From NCBI GenBank assembly GCA_965203175.1, contig OZ241867.1, positions 2,112,001 through 2,176,000 of the forward strand: a DNA stretch of 64,000 bases. The letters are read 5' to 3'. The number at the start of each line of letters is the position of its first letter. Positions within the stretch are counted from its first letter, which is position 1. This stretch comes from Candidatus Latescibacterota bacterium. Lineage in GTDB: Bacteria; Latescibacterota; UBA2968; UBA8231. Below are positions 10,319 to 18,584 of this stretch, piece after piece. A program made the translations under genes and the position numbers. The notes below the pieces were generated by a model that did no database searches, was not told where the DNA came from, and was given only the letters and a program-made list of their open reading frames with translations.

Positions 10319-10933
10319 GTGCTCAATTGGCTTGAGAATATCACACCACCGGCCGTAATAATCTTCGTCGGTGTACTGATTAGTGCGTTTGGTGCGCTTT
10401 GGGCATCCCAGCGGCAGGCTAGCTTTGAACGAAATCTGCGAGAGAAGAGTGAGGAGATTGCCCGGCTGAATCGAGAGCTTGCGAACTCGGTGATCGGAGG
10501 AGACAGCTTCTGCTACTTGGTAGTTTCAAGTCCCGACCCAGTCACAAATACTGGCCTGCTCGTTGTAGTACACCAAGGAGAGCACAACCTCTACGATGTG
10601 CACGCTAGGATTGTCGACTTGGAGAAGTTTGATCAACTCAAGGGGAATCTATCGTTTGCCACGCTGAAGCAGACGGATACGAACATCTCAATCGGCAACC
10701 TCATCCCTTCTGCCCAGGTGTTACATCCATCATTCACGCTCGGCAATGGCAACACGCGGAGGTTCAACATCTTCTTTTCCGCCCGCAATGGGTTTTTCAC
10801 TCAACTCCTACGGTTCAAGAAGATCCATGGTAAATGGGTATATGCTACGAAGGTCGAGAGAGAAGATAAGGTGATCTACGAGAAGGTCGACGACGAGTTC
10901 CCTCGAACTGCTGAGGGCAACGTCGATTGGTAG
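10319..10933 (+). CDS. Hypothetical protein with N-terminal TM helix, coiled coil and beta domain
   Basis: AVIIFVGVLISAFGALW hydrophobic segment; purine-rich RBS. Confidence 0.7.
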   Translation: MLNWLENITPPAVIIFVGVLISAFGALWASQRQASFERNLREKSEEIARLNRELANSVIGGDSFCYLVVSSPDPVTNTGLLVVVHQGEHNLYDVHARIVDLEKFDQLKGNLSFATLKQTDTNISIGNLIPSAQVLHPSFTLGNGNTRRFNIFFSARNGFFTQLLRFKKIHGKWVYATKVEREDKVIYEKVDDEFPRTAEGNVDW

Positions 10934-11175
10934 GAAGATGCTCCACGTCCTCCTTCCTGAGAGATCGATGCATTGAGCCCATTCGCTACCGGGAGTCCTG
11001 TCGAAGGACCCGCAAGCGCTCAACCCTGGTCTGGGCTAAGCGCCTTGACAGAGAATCCCCCAAAGTCTCTTTATTTTTTATACGTTAAATTGCGCGCCGT
11101 CAGCAATAGGCGATTTGGCTAAAATGCTGCGGGACTGGGGTCAAGCGAACACAACGAAAGCACAGGTATAGCAAC

Positions 11176-12030
11176 ATGCCTCAATTCGACACACACGCGT
11201 ACATCAAAAGCCTCGGCGAGGCGCTGGTACTCACATATAGCAGCGCAGGACAGGCAACCACTCCTGGGCTAATAGGGCAGGCGAGGGAAAGGGCCATCAG
11301 GGCAAAACTTGAATCGATTCTGCCAGGTGGTGTCGGAGTAGGAACCGGATGCGTCATTGATAACGAAGGTAACGCATCAGGACAAATCGACGTGATTCTT
11401 TATGAACAACAATTCTGTCCAGTCTTCAATATATCGGATGACGTGAGTTACTATCCGTGTGAGGCGGTAATTGCTATTGGTTCGATAAAAAGCACGATTG
11501 GGAAAAAGGAATTAAGAGACATATACAGTAATGTGGCCTCTGCAAGGAGGTTGAAGAGATTCGCAAGACCAGCAAGGGACAATGAACCGCCACAAGGAAG
11601 AGTCCAAGTTCGCACGTATCTTGACAAGAACACGCGTCTCATAGATGGCAATTGGGAAACAATACAAAATTCATCCTCTTCTGCGCAGATCTATGCGTTT
11701 GGGCTTGGTCAGTCATTCGGTGCCAAGCCTGAGACTATGATGAAGCATACTATGGATCTATACGATCAGTTTCCGGCAGAGTTGAGGCCAAACGTGGTAT
11801 TGACTGTCGACCAGGAAATGCTGGCACCGGCAGCGGAGAGGCAAATGTTCTATAGCGCGCTGGGTTGTCCGGGGGTTACTTTCGTGAAACCCGAAAATAG
11901 CCTCGAATATCTGCTCGTATCGCTGTTTAGCATCATACAAAACGGAATAACGGCACCAGGATACGCATTCGAGAGGTACGTAGTGCCGCCTCCGATGACA
12001 AGGATTCACACGCGGATGCCATCAAACTGA
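11176..12030 (+). CDS. DUF6602-like PD-(D/E)XK-fold protein
   Basis: GQARE...VGTGCVID...SGQIDVILY...PCEAVIAIGSIKS. Confidence 0.7.
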   Translation: MPQFDTHAYIKSLGEALVLTYSSAGQATTPGLIGQARERAIRAKLESILPGGVGVGTGCVIDNEGNASGQIDVILYEQQFCPVFNISDDVSYYPCEAVIAIGSIKSTIGKKELRDIYSNVASARRLKRFARPARDNEPPQGRVQVRTYLDKNTRLIDGNWETIQNSSSSAQIYAFGLGQSFGAKPETMMKHTMDLYDQFPAELRPNVVLTVDQEMLAPAAERQMFYSALGCPGVTFVKPENSLEYLLVSLFSIIQNGITAPGYAFERYVVPPPMTRIHTRMPSN

Positions 12031-12083
12031 AGTCCTGGAGTAATGGAGAGAGGGCGGTCAAATCGGATGTGGCGCAATTACGT

Positions 12084-12112
12084 CTGACTGTCGCCCTCAG
12101 TAGGATACATCA
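12084..12112 (+). repeat. 29-bp diverged direct repeat, copy 2
   Basis: Matches 9076-9104 at 25/29. Confidence 0.8.
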
Positions 12113-12217
12113 ACTCTCAGGCGCGCACGCCGTAACCTCCGAGGGTCGGGGTACACGGCGCGGAGATCTTCATTCCACCTTTATTTTATGTTCCAAAAAA
12201 ACCCAAGGGAGACCAGC

Positions 12218-13018
12218 ATGCGACTCAAAGACAGGACAGCTATCGTCACCGGAGCCGGGGGCGGCATGGGCCTCGGCATATCGAAATGCCTGACGCGCGA
12301 AGGGGCGGCCATCGTGGCGACCGACATCGACGGCGACAGGGCGCAGGCCACCGCCGACCAGCTCGCGAGCGAAGGGGCCACCGCGGTCGCCATCACCGCG
12401 GACATAACGGATGAATCCGCCTGCCAGGACCTCGTCGCGCAGGCGATCGAGCGCTTCGGTGCCATCGATATCCTCGTCAACAACGCCGGCCACTTCGGCA
12501 CCATCGTCGGTGCCCCGTTCACCAACTTCACCGGCGAGGAGTGGGATAGCAACTACGACATACACGTCAAGGGCCCCTTTTTCCTCTGCAAGGCGATCGC
12601 CCCGCACATGATCGAGCGCCGCTACGGCAAGATCATCAACATCTCTTCTGCGGCCGCCAAACGCGACCCGACCTTCCTGCCGACCTACGCGGCCGCCAAG
12701 AACGCGATGCTCAGCCTGACGCGGCTGACCGCCAAGGACTTGGGGCCGCACAACATCACCGTAAACGCCGTATGCCCCGGGTTCGTGTGGACCAACTTCT
12801 GGCACACGCTGGCACCGAAGATCGCCGAGGTAGATCCCACCTATGCCGGCAAAAGCGCCCGCGAGGTGTTCGACCTGTTCATCGCCAACTCGACGCCGAT
12901 GCAGCGGGAACAGTCGCCTGAGGACATCGGCAACATGGTCGCCTTCCTCGCTTCCGAGGAGGCGCGCAACGTCACCGGCCAGACGATAAACGTCAGCGGC
13001 GGCATGGTCTTGGATTGA
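12218..13018 (+). CDS. Short-chain dehydrogenase/reductase
   Basis: TGAGGGMG, LVNNAG, YAAAK, NVTGQ; start ATG 12218 after GGGAG. Confidence 0.92.
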   Translation: MRLKDRTAIVTGAGGGMGLGISKCLTREGAAIVATDIDGDRAQATADQLASEGATAVAITADITDESACQDLVAQAIERFGAIDILVNNAGHFGTIVGAPFTNFTGEEWDSNYDIHVKGPFFLCKAIAPHMIERRYGKIINISSAAAKRDPTFLPTYAAAKNAMLSLTRLTAKDLGPHNITVNAVCPGFVWTNFWHTLAPKIAEVDPTYAGKSAREVFDLFIANSTPMQREQSPEDIGNMVAFLASEEARNVTGQTINVSGGMVLD

Positions 13019-13134
13019 ACGATAGTGTAGATGCAAATGCAGCTAGTGTGGATGAACTGACACAGAGGTGTCTGTCATTGCTGGGCTTAGAGCACGCTGG
13101 GCTGCGTCCTGAACGAGATCACGACGGTTACATA

Positions 13135-13176
13135 CCGGACATTTTTTTATTTATGCATAATTGATTAATTGTCCGG
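13135..13176. promoter_or_regulatory. Probable operator of the DUF4160/DUF2442 module
   Basis: CCGGACA...TGTCCGG inverted repeat flanking an AT-rich core upstream of 13220. Confidence 0.45.
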
Positions 13177-13219
13177 TTTTGGATATGTTCTTTGGTAGAA
13201 AGAAGCGAGGAGCCATCTT

Positions 13220-13489
13220 TTGGGAAAGTTGGAATGCTTTCAATTGGCAGGCCTAGAATTATGGTTCAACTCCTCAGATCACGAACCTCCTCATTTTCAC
13301 GCTCGCAAACCGGACAAATGGGAGATACGCGTCTTTTTTGGTGCGTGTGAAGGCAGGAATCTAGTTTTTAATGTGAAGTTTCCTCCTTCGAAATCAGGCC
13401 CTTCGAGCAGAGAGCAGCGAAAACTGTTACGTCTAGTGCTTCAGCATAGAGACGCACTTTATGCCGAGTGGGAAGCCAAAGTGATATAA
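13220..13489 (+). CDS. DUF4160 protein (TA module partner)
   Basis: FNSSDHEPPHFH motif; ends LYAEWE. Confidence 0.85.
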   Translation: MGKLECFQLAGLELWFNSSDHEPPHFHARKPDKWEIRVFFGACEGRNLVFNVKFPPSKSGPSSREQRKLLRLVLQHRDALYAEWEAKVI

Positions 13490-13499
13490 GGAGATAAAA

Positions 13500-14312
13500 A
13501 TGGCAAAGACGGCTGAAATGATTGTCTGGGCTCAAGACTTATTTAGCTATAACATTATTCCGCCCTCTTTCTCCGTTTTTAGAGAACCAGATGTGAACAA
13601 GATGAAAGCTCGGAATATTTTCGTATTAACTTCTGTTGCCGACCTTCCTACTGTAAGTGAGTTTGTCCGCGATCCCAATCATCGAAACCATCTTCGAACC
13701 CTTTTCGTCCGCGAAGACAACAACGCTCAGTTTTTGCCACAGATGCTTTACGAGGCAGACCTCAAAAGCCGCCGACATATTCTTGTGTATTCAACTGAGG
13801 ATGTGCCAAAGCGCGTTCTAACAGCTTGGAGTCTTGGATGTCCCGATCAACTCATTGCCACGGCACGGGTCGTAGATGAGGAACTCTTTATCATGGCGTG
13901 TGATAACACCCTATTCAGAGTGGGTTTTGCAGAAATGCCCGCACTGGAGCGCATTCCAATCCAACAGCGTTCTTTATTTTCTATCTCCAGTGAAGGCAGT
14001 TATATACACTGGCCTGAGGTTGATGTACATATTGACCTAGATGCTGTTCGCTATCTAAAAGACGAAACATGGCGTGAGAAAAAGGATCGGGAAAAACTAA
14101 TGTACGACCTCCGATTCGGAGAGGCCGTTGCCGCATTGCGCAAGCAGTATGGGCTTAAGCAAGCCGAGATACGAGGGCTTTCTGAACGCCATGTGCGAAG
14201 GATCGAAAAGGGGGAACGGACAAAGATTGATACGCTAGCGATTTTGGCAAGAAGCCACGGATTGTCTCTTAAAGAGTATCTCGATGAAATTGCCGAAATG
14301 TTCTCCTCTTAG
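13500..14312 (+). CDS. DUF2442 plus XRE-HTH protein with N-terminal extension
   Basis: GSYIHWPEVDVHID (DUF2442); LRKQYGLKQAEI..LSERHVRRIEKG (HTH). Confidence 0.8.
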   Translation: MAKTAEMIVWAQDLFSYNIIPPSFSVFREPDVNKMKARNIFVLTSVADLPTVSEFVRDPNHRNHLRTLFVREDNNAQFLPQMLYEADLKSRRHILVYSTEDVPKRVLTAWSLGCPDQLIATARVVDEELFIMACDNTLFRVGFAEMPALERIPIQQRSLFSISSEGSYIHWPEVDVHIDLDAVRYLKDETWREKKDREKLMYDLRFGEAVAALRKQYGLKQAEIRGLSERHVRRIEKGERTKIDTLAILARSHGLSLKEYLDEIAEMFSS

Positions 14313-14457
14313 GACTTTTCTTGCCGCGTCGGTTTAATGTAGCGGCGGCCTCGATCTTCGACGCGGCGCTCGCGCATTAATTCCATTGCTGGGACGCCAT
14401 AGCCACAACTAGTGCCGGTTAGTTCGACGGCAACTTCGATTATTTAGCGTTTGGTAC

Positions 14458-15617
14458 GGCGTTGTTGCATGAAAGCTGTGTTCGGGTCTTGAAATGAGTC
14501 AGGCTCTTCGGTTAGATTGGTTCGTGGTTTCCAGCAAGAAACACGTTCCTTTCTTCCCAAAGAGCCTGTGATGAGCAAAGTATCTGGCAGTTCGCCCTCG
14601 GTCAAGTCGCAACCGGTGTATCGGGTTAAGAATTGGTCGTCGTATAATCGGGCGTTGGTGGCTCGTGGTAGCCTGACGGTGTGGCTGGACGATGGTCTGT
14701 GGAAGCAATGGTATGCTCAGGGGCCATCGCAACGGGGTGCTCAGTTTGTCTATTCGGATCCAGCGATTGAATGGATGTTGACGATGCGGGTGTTGCTTGG
14801 GTTGCCGTTGCGCCAGACGCAGGGGTTTATCCAATCGCTGTTGGACTTGATGGGGTTGGCCTTGGCCGTGCCGGACTACTCGACCTTGTCGCGTCGCCAA
14901 GGGGCCTTGGCGGTGGAGTTGCCGAAAAAGCAGCCCGATAGCCCGGCTAGCCCGATGCACTTGGTAGTGGATTCGACGGGTTTGAAAGTCTATGGCGAGG
15001 GCGAGAGGAAAGTCCGTCAACACGGCTGGACCAAACGGCGCACGTGGCGCAAACTGCATGTGGGGGTCAACGAGGCCACCGGCGAGGTGGTCGCGCAGAC
15101 GTTGACGTCCCATCGGATCGATGATGCCTCGCAGGTGGCCCCTCTGTTGACCCAAGTCGACGAGGCGGTGGAGGCGGTAGGCGGCGATGGGGCCTATGAC
15201 AAACAGAAGGTGTTCGACGCCTTGGCCACGCGGAGTGATCCCTCGATTCGGCCGATCATCGCACTGCGCAAAGACGCTACAATCCATCAGCATGGTAATT
15301 GTAAGGTCCCCCCGTTGGCGCGCGATGAAATCCTGCGGGCCATACGACGAAAGGGACGCAAGGAGTGGAAACAGGCCAGTGGCTATCATCGACGCTCGTT
15401 GGCCGAAACGCAAATCTATCGCTATAAGCACCTCATCGGCGACAAGCTGAAGGCGCGTAGCTGGATCAACCAACAGGTCGAAAGTCGCCTCGGCTGTGCC
15501 CTCCTCAATCGAATGATCCATGTGGGCAAACCCCAGTCGTATCGAGTAGAAAAAATCAACTGAACAAAAAACAACATTCGACAATGATGCCCCAGATATG
15601 ATTCATGCAACAACGCC
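14458..15617 (+). mobile_element. Complete IS5-family (IS903-group) insertion sequence, 1160 bp
   Basis: Perfect 16-bp TIRs GGCGTTGTTGCATGAA (14458-14473, 15602-15617); 9-bp TSD GTTTGGTAC (14449-14457, 15618-15626). Confidence 0.95.
14571..15563 (+). CDS. IS5/IS903-group DDE transposase
   Basis: YRVKNWSSYNRALVARGSLTVW, VDSTGLK, GDGAYD, YHRRSLAET. Confidence 0.95.
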   Translation: MSKVSGSSPSVKSQPVYRVKNWSSYNRALVARGSLTVWLDDGLWKQWYAQGPSQRGAQFVYSDPAIEWMLTMRVLLGLPLRQTQGFIQSLLDLMGLALAVPDYSTLSRRQGALAVELPKKQPDSPASPMHLVVDSTGLKVYGEGERKVRQHGWTKRRTWRKLHVGVNEATGEVVAQTLTSHRIDDASQVAPLLTQVDEAVEAVGGDGAYDKQKVFDALATRSDPSIRPIIALRKDATIHQHGNCKVPPLARDEILRAIRRKGRKEWKQASGYHRRSLAETQIYRYKHLIGDKLKARSWINQQVESRLGCALLNRMIHVGKPQSYRVEKIN

Positions 15618-15751
15618 GTTTGGTACACAGGTATTCGGACTCCGTTTGCAGGAGTAATGCGGCGTGGGGCGATTCTTCAAGCGGGGTGGCTGTGGCTTTG
15701 CCCTAGAGGCGGATGATACCGGCGTCCGCCTCCTTTCTCATCAGTTGAGGA

Positions 15752-16339
15752 TTGACCCCAATGACGATTCATCTAGCTGGTGACGGTATAAATTCACACT
15801 GGAATGTCCATCGTTCTTTGGAGATGCTCCAGGGTCTTCAGAACTCGGCCATGCTTCTCATTCGAGAACTGGATAATCATGTCAAACAGCGAGATACCGG
15901 TGGCGGAAAGCACCCAAATATGATGGGAAATGCTGTGGCTGCAATTGTCTTGACTTCCTATGCAGCAGAAATCGCCTTAAAGACATTGCATGCACAAACC
16001 AAGCCGAACGAGCCGCCACCCCGAGGTCACTATTTGCTAGACCTGTACGATGAGCTTGACCCCGCAACAAAATCAGAAGCGCAAGAGTTAATTTGCAAGT
16101 TGACGCCGATGGGTTCTCCAGAGTGGATAGGCAAGAATCCGGATATTCGAGCTTTGGTTAAACAAGGAAATTCCAATTTCTCGGACTGGAGATACCTTCC
16201 AGAAAAAGCCCATATGACCAGCGGTGTACCAAAGGTTCTCGTGAATGTAGTCCAAGTGCTGCAACACATCTGTCTCCAACAAGTGTTGCTCTCGCTGCCT
16301 AATTTGACTGATAGCTCAGGCAATCAAAAGCCGCAGTAG
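15752..16339 (+). CDS. HEPN-like domain protein
   Basis: YAAEIALKTL...PRGHYLLDLYDEL...FSDWRY pattern. Confidence 0.6.
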   Translation: MTPMTIHLAGDGINSHWNVHRSLEMLQGLQNSAMLLIRELDNHVKQRDTGGGKHPNMMGNAVAAIVLTSYAAEIALKTLHAQTKPNEPPPRGHYLLDLYDELDPATKSEAQELICKLTPMGSPEWIGKNPDIRALVKQGNSNFSDWRYLPEKAHMTSGVPKVLVNVVQVLQHICLQQVLLSLPNLTDSSGNQKPQ

Positions 16340-16502
16340 GTCGCCCGCGCACGCATCGACGCCAGCGGGGCACGCACGCTCTCACCCTTCGTAATAATGC
16401 ACCATCCTCTGCGGAACAGGCGTTCTGATCGCCTTGACAGAGAATTCCCGACCTTATACGTATACGTATAGTTTCCTGACGTTGCTGATAGATGAGGGCT
16501 TC

Positions 16503-17264
16503 ATGCTCCGATTGTCACCCCTAACCCAATACAAGGACAAGATGGGACGCGAGTTTAGCATGATCTTCGACCGCCTGAATAACGACTGGGCCTCTGCTCT
16601 CATTAGATACAAGGAGTTCCTAGAACTGTTCGGCAACACCGAGCGTGTAAAGCTCTTGAACGCGATCGGCGGCGGGTTGTTCTGGGATGTTCAGCAGATG
16701 TCCCGGAATGACTTGATATTGCGCTTGACGAGATTGACGGACCCTCCGCAGAGTGCCAGCAAGGACAACCTGACGGTCCAAAGACTGCCGGCCCTCTGCG
16801 ACGATCTGGAGCTACGGCAGGAAGTATGCCGTCTCGTTCAGAGAGCCGTCGACGCCGCGGGGTTTGCCCGCGACTGGCGAAATCGGTACATCAGTCATTC
16901 GGATCTCACTCGGGCAATAGACCCAAGCGCGGAGCCACTGGCCGAGGCTGATCTACAGAAGGTAAAAGCGGTACTGGATGCGGTACACGCCGTCCTGAAC
17001 ACGATTAGCGTGCGTATGCTCGGCAACGGGGGTATTCGAAACGACGTTATCATCACGCCCCGTGCGCGCGCCTTCCTAGCCTATGCTCGCCAGCTTGTTG
17101 ATGCTGTGCAGTACGTCGACTCCCTCATTGATCCGAGCGGCACCGTGTCCTTCTCCGACACAACAGCCGCAGCAACTTTCCTGCATAAGCTCGATCGCAG
17201 GCCAGAGCGGGAGGAGACGAAACAGGTCATCGAGTTACGGGAAGCAGCCCGAATGTTCAGATAG
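16503..17264 (+). CDS. HEPN AbiU2-like domain protein
   Basis: LRLTRLTDP..S..KDNLT and ARDWRNRYISHSD (RxxxxxH); start uncertain. Confidence 0.65.
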   Translation: MLRLSPLTQYKDKMGREFSMIFDRLNNDWASALIRYKEFLELFGNTERVKLLNAIGGGLFWDVQQMSRNDLILRLTRLTDPPQSASKDNLTVQRLPALCDDLELRQEVCRLVQRAVDAAGFARDWRNRYISHSDLTRAIDPSAEPLAEADLQKVKAVLDAVHAVLNTISVRMLGNGGIRNDVIITPRARAFLAYARQLVDAVQYVDSLIDPSGTVSFSDTTAAATFLHKLDRRPEREETKQVIELREAARMFR

Positions 17265-17296
17265 AGTGTATGGGCCGTGGCTCCAGCCGCGTCAAT

Positions 17297-17806
17297 TTAT
17301 CTTTTTCGATCCTTGTAGCGGCGGCCTCGGTCTTCGACGCGGCGCTCGCGCACTAATTCCATTACCGGGACGCCGTAGCCGCAACTAGTGCCGGTCAGTT
17401 CGACTTCCACTTCGATTACTTGGCGTTTGGTGCGCAGGTGTTCGGACTCCGTTTGCAGGAGCAAGGCGGCGTGAGGCGATTCTTCGAGCGGGGTGGCCGT
17501 GGCTTTGCCGTAGAGGCGGATGATGCCGGCGTCTTCTCCTTCAAAAGAACAGACCATAACGGTGATCGGGCCACCGGCTATCGCATGACGCGCTGTTTCG
17601 TTGCCGCTGCCCAAGTAGTCGAGGAAGGCCACGCGGTTGGGGTCAATCACATGTAGGGGTACGCCGCCCTTGGGCGAAAGGTTGATTGGGCCAATGCCTT
17701 CGGGACCGGGGGCGAGCGCGGGACCGGCGGAAGCGACGAAGAACAACGGCGCGTTGTGGATCAGCGCAGCTTGGTCGTCGGTGATGTAGGGATAGTAGGT
17801 GGCCAT
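17297..17806 (-). CDS. Pyridoxamine 5'-phosphate oxidase-family FMN-binding protein
   Basis: LFFVASA, NLSPKG, LDYLGSGNET, IIRLYG, TSCGYGVP; start ATG 17806. Confidence 0.88.
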   Translation of the reverse strand: MATYYPYITDDQAALIHNAPLFFVASAGPALAPGPEGIGPINLSPKGGVPLHVIDPNRVAFLDYLGSGNETARHAIAGGPITVMVCSFEGEDAGIIRLYGKATATPLEESPHAALLLQTESEHLRTKRQVIEVEVELTGTSCGYGVPVMELVRERRVEDRGRRYKDRKR

Positions 17807-17895
17807 AGGTTTTTTCCTCGTTGGGAGGCAGGTTTTGCGTTTGCAGCATGTCATGTGTTGGGCTGCATTGAAAATCCGTGGGAACTGATTTTCGC

Positions 17896-18156
17896 TCAAG
17901 CGGCTGCGTTCTGTTTGATCTCCCAACCGGGGAAGACCAAAACAGCCGGATGGCACTGCAAGGCTTGCGCTAGTACTTTGGCGCGTTCAACTCCAAGCTG
18001 TACGCGGTTATTTTCGATGGCTGAAATAGTAGATTGGGGAATGCCAGTACGTCGGGCCAGTTCATTCTGGCTAAACTCCTGAAGCTCGCGGATAATACGG
18101 ACGGACTCACCTACAGACACCTCAACCTGCTTCTTGGCACGGCGGTAATTTTTCAT
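17896..18156 (-). CDS. XRE-HTH antitoxin (HigA-like)
   Basis: SQNELARRTGIPQSTISAIEN; directly downstream of a RelE-like toxin. Confidence 0.85.
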   Translation of the reverse strand: MKNYRRAKKQVEVSVGESVRIIRELQEFSQNELARRTGIPQSTISAIENNRVQLGVERAKVLAQALQCHPAVLVFPGWEIKQNAAA

Positions 18157-18157
18157 T

Positions 18158-18439
18158 TCATGGTCTCCGATAGTCGTGTGGCGTCAGACTGACAACCTGT
18201 ACGAGGATTTCGCTGGCTTCAATTTTGTATATGACGCGATAGTGAAGGCCGAGCCGGGACGATCTGTATCCTTTCCATTGACCTCGCAGTGCTTCGTCGT
18301 GAAATCCTTTGATAAGCCTCAAGCCTTCGGGACCAGAGATCATAACGAGATCCTTCCACTTTTCGTAACGCTTGAGGATTTCTTGGGGCATGGATTGTAG
18401 CTGCTTATCCACCCTCCGGTGTTCGAAAATACTCCACAT
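18158..18439 (-). CDS. RelE/HigB/YoeB-like mRNA interferase toxin
   Basis: FHDEALRGQWKGYRSSRL..YRVIY...HDYR. Confidence 0.88.
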   Translation of the reverse strand: MWSIFEHRRVDKQLQSMPQEILKRYEKWKDLVMISGPEGLRLIKGFHDEALRGQWKGYRSSRLGLHYRVIYKIEASEILVQVVSLTPHDYRRP

Positions 18440-18474
18440 ACCATATAAAGTATAGATTGATTATGGTATGTCAA
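18437..18474 (-). promoter_or_regulatory. TA promoter/operator, probably leaderless
   Basis: Minus strand TTGACA-16 bp-TACTTT-7 nt-ATG; inverted repeat CATACCATA...TATGGTATG. Confidence 0.65.
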
Positions 18475-18500
18475 ATTCATGGGGACCGCCACTTTTATTC

Positions 18501-18564
18501 GGCAAACGCGCCGGACGTAGAGTTGGACAGTATATAATCGGTTACAGCCGTAAACAGGACGCGT
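18501..18564 (+). pseudogene. Remnant of the 3' end and flank of the RHH antitoxin gene (2963-3199)
   Basis: GGCAAACGCGCCGGACGTAGAG...ATCGGTTA..CAGCC..AGGAC aligns to 3154-3216. Confidence 0.8.
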
Positions 18565-18584
18565 TTGGGCAGGCTAGTTGTGTC

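Larger units (their letters stand above)
14310..15735 (-). pseudogene. Decayed copy of the 3' half of the PNPOx-family gene plus linker, split by an IS5-family element
   Basis: 14310-14457 plus 15627-15735 align to about 17285-17541; in-frame stops and a small deletion. Confidence 0.9.

Noticed and set aside
12127-12160. GC hairpin upstream of the SDR gene as a REP or MITE
   Set aside because: Single copy in the window, with no TSD or U tract
4740-13090. TGGGCT(A/T)AG at about 4740, 11032 and 13082
   Set aside because: 9-bp motif with no extended similarity; compatible with chance
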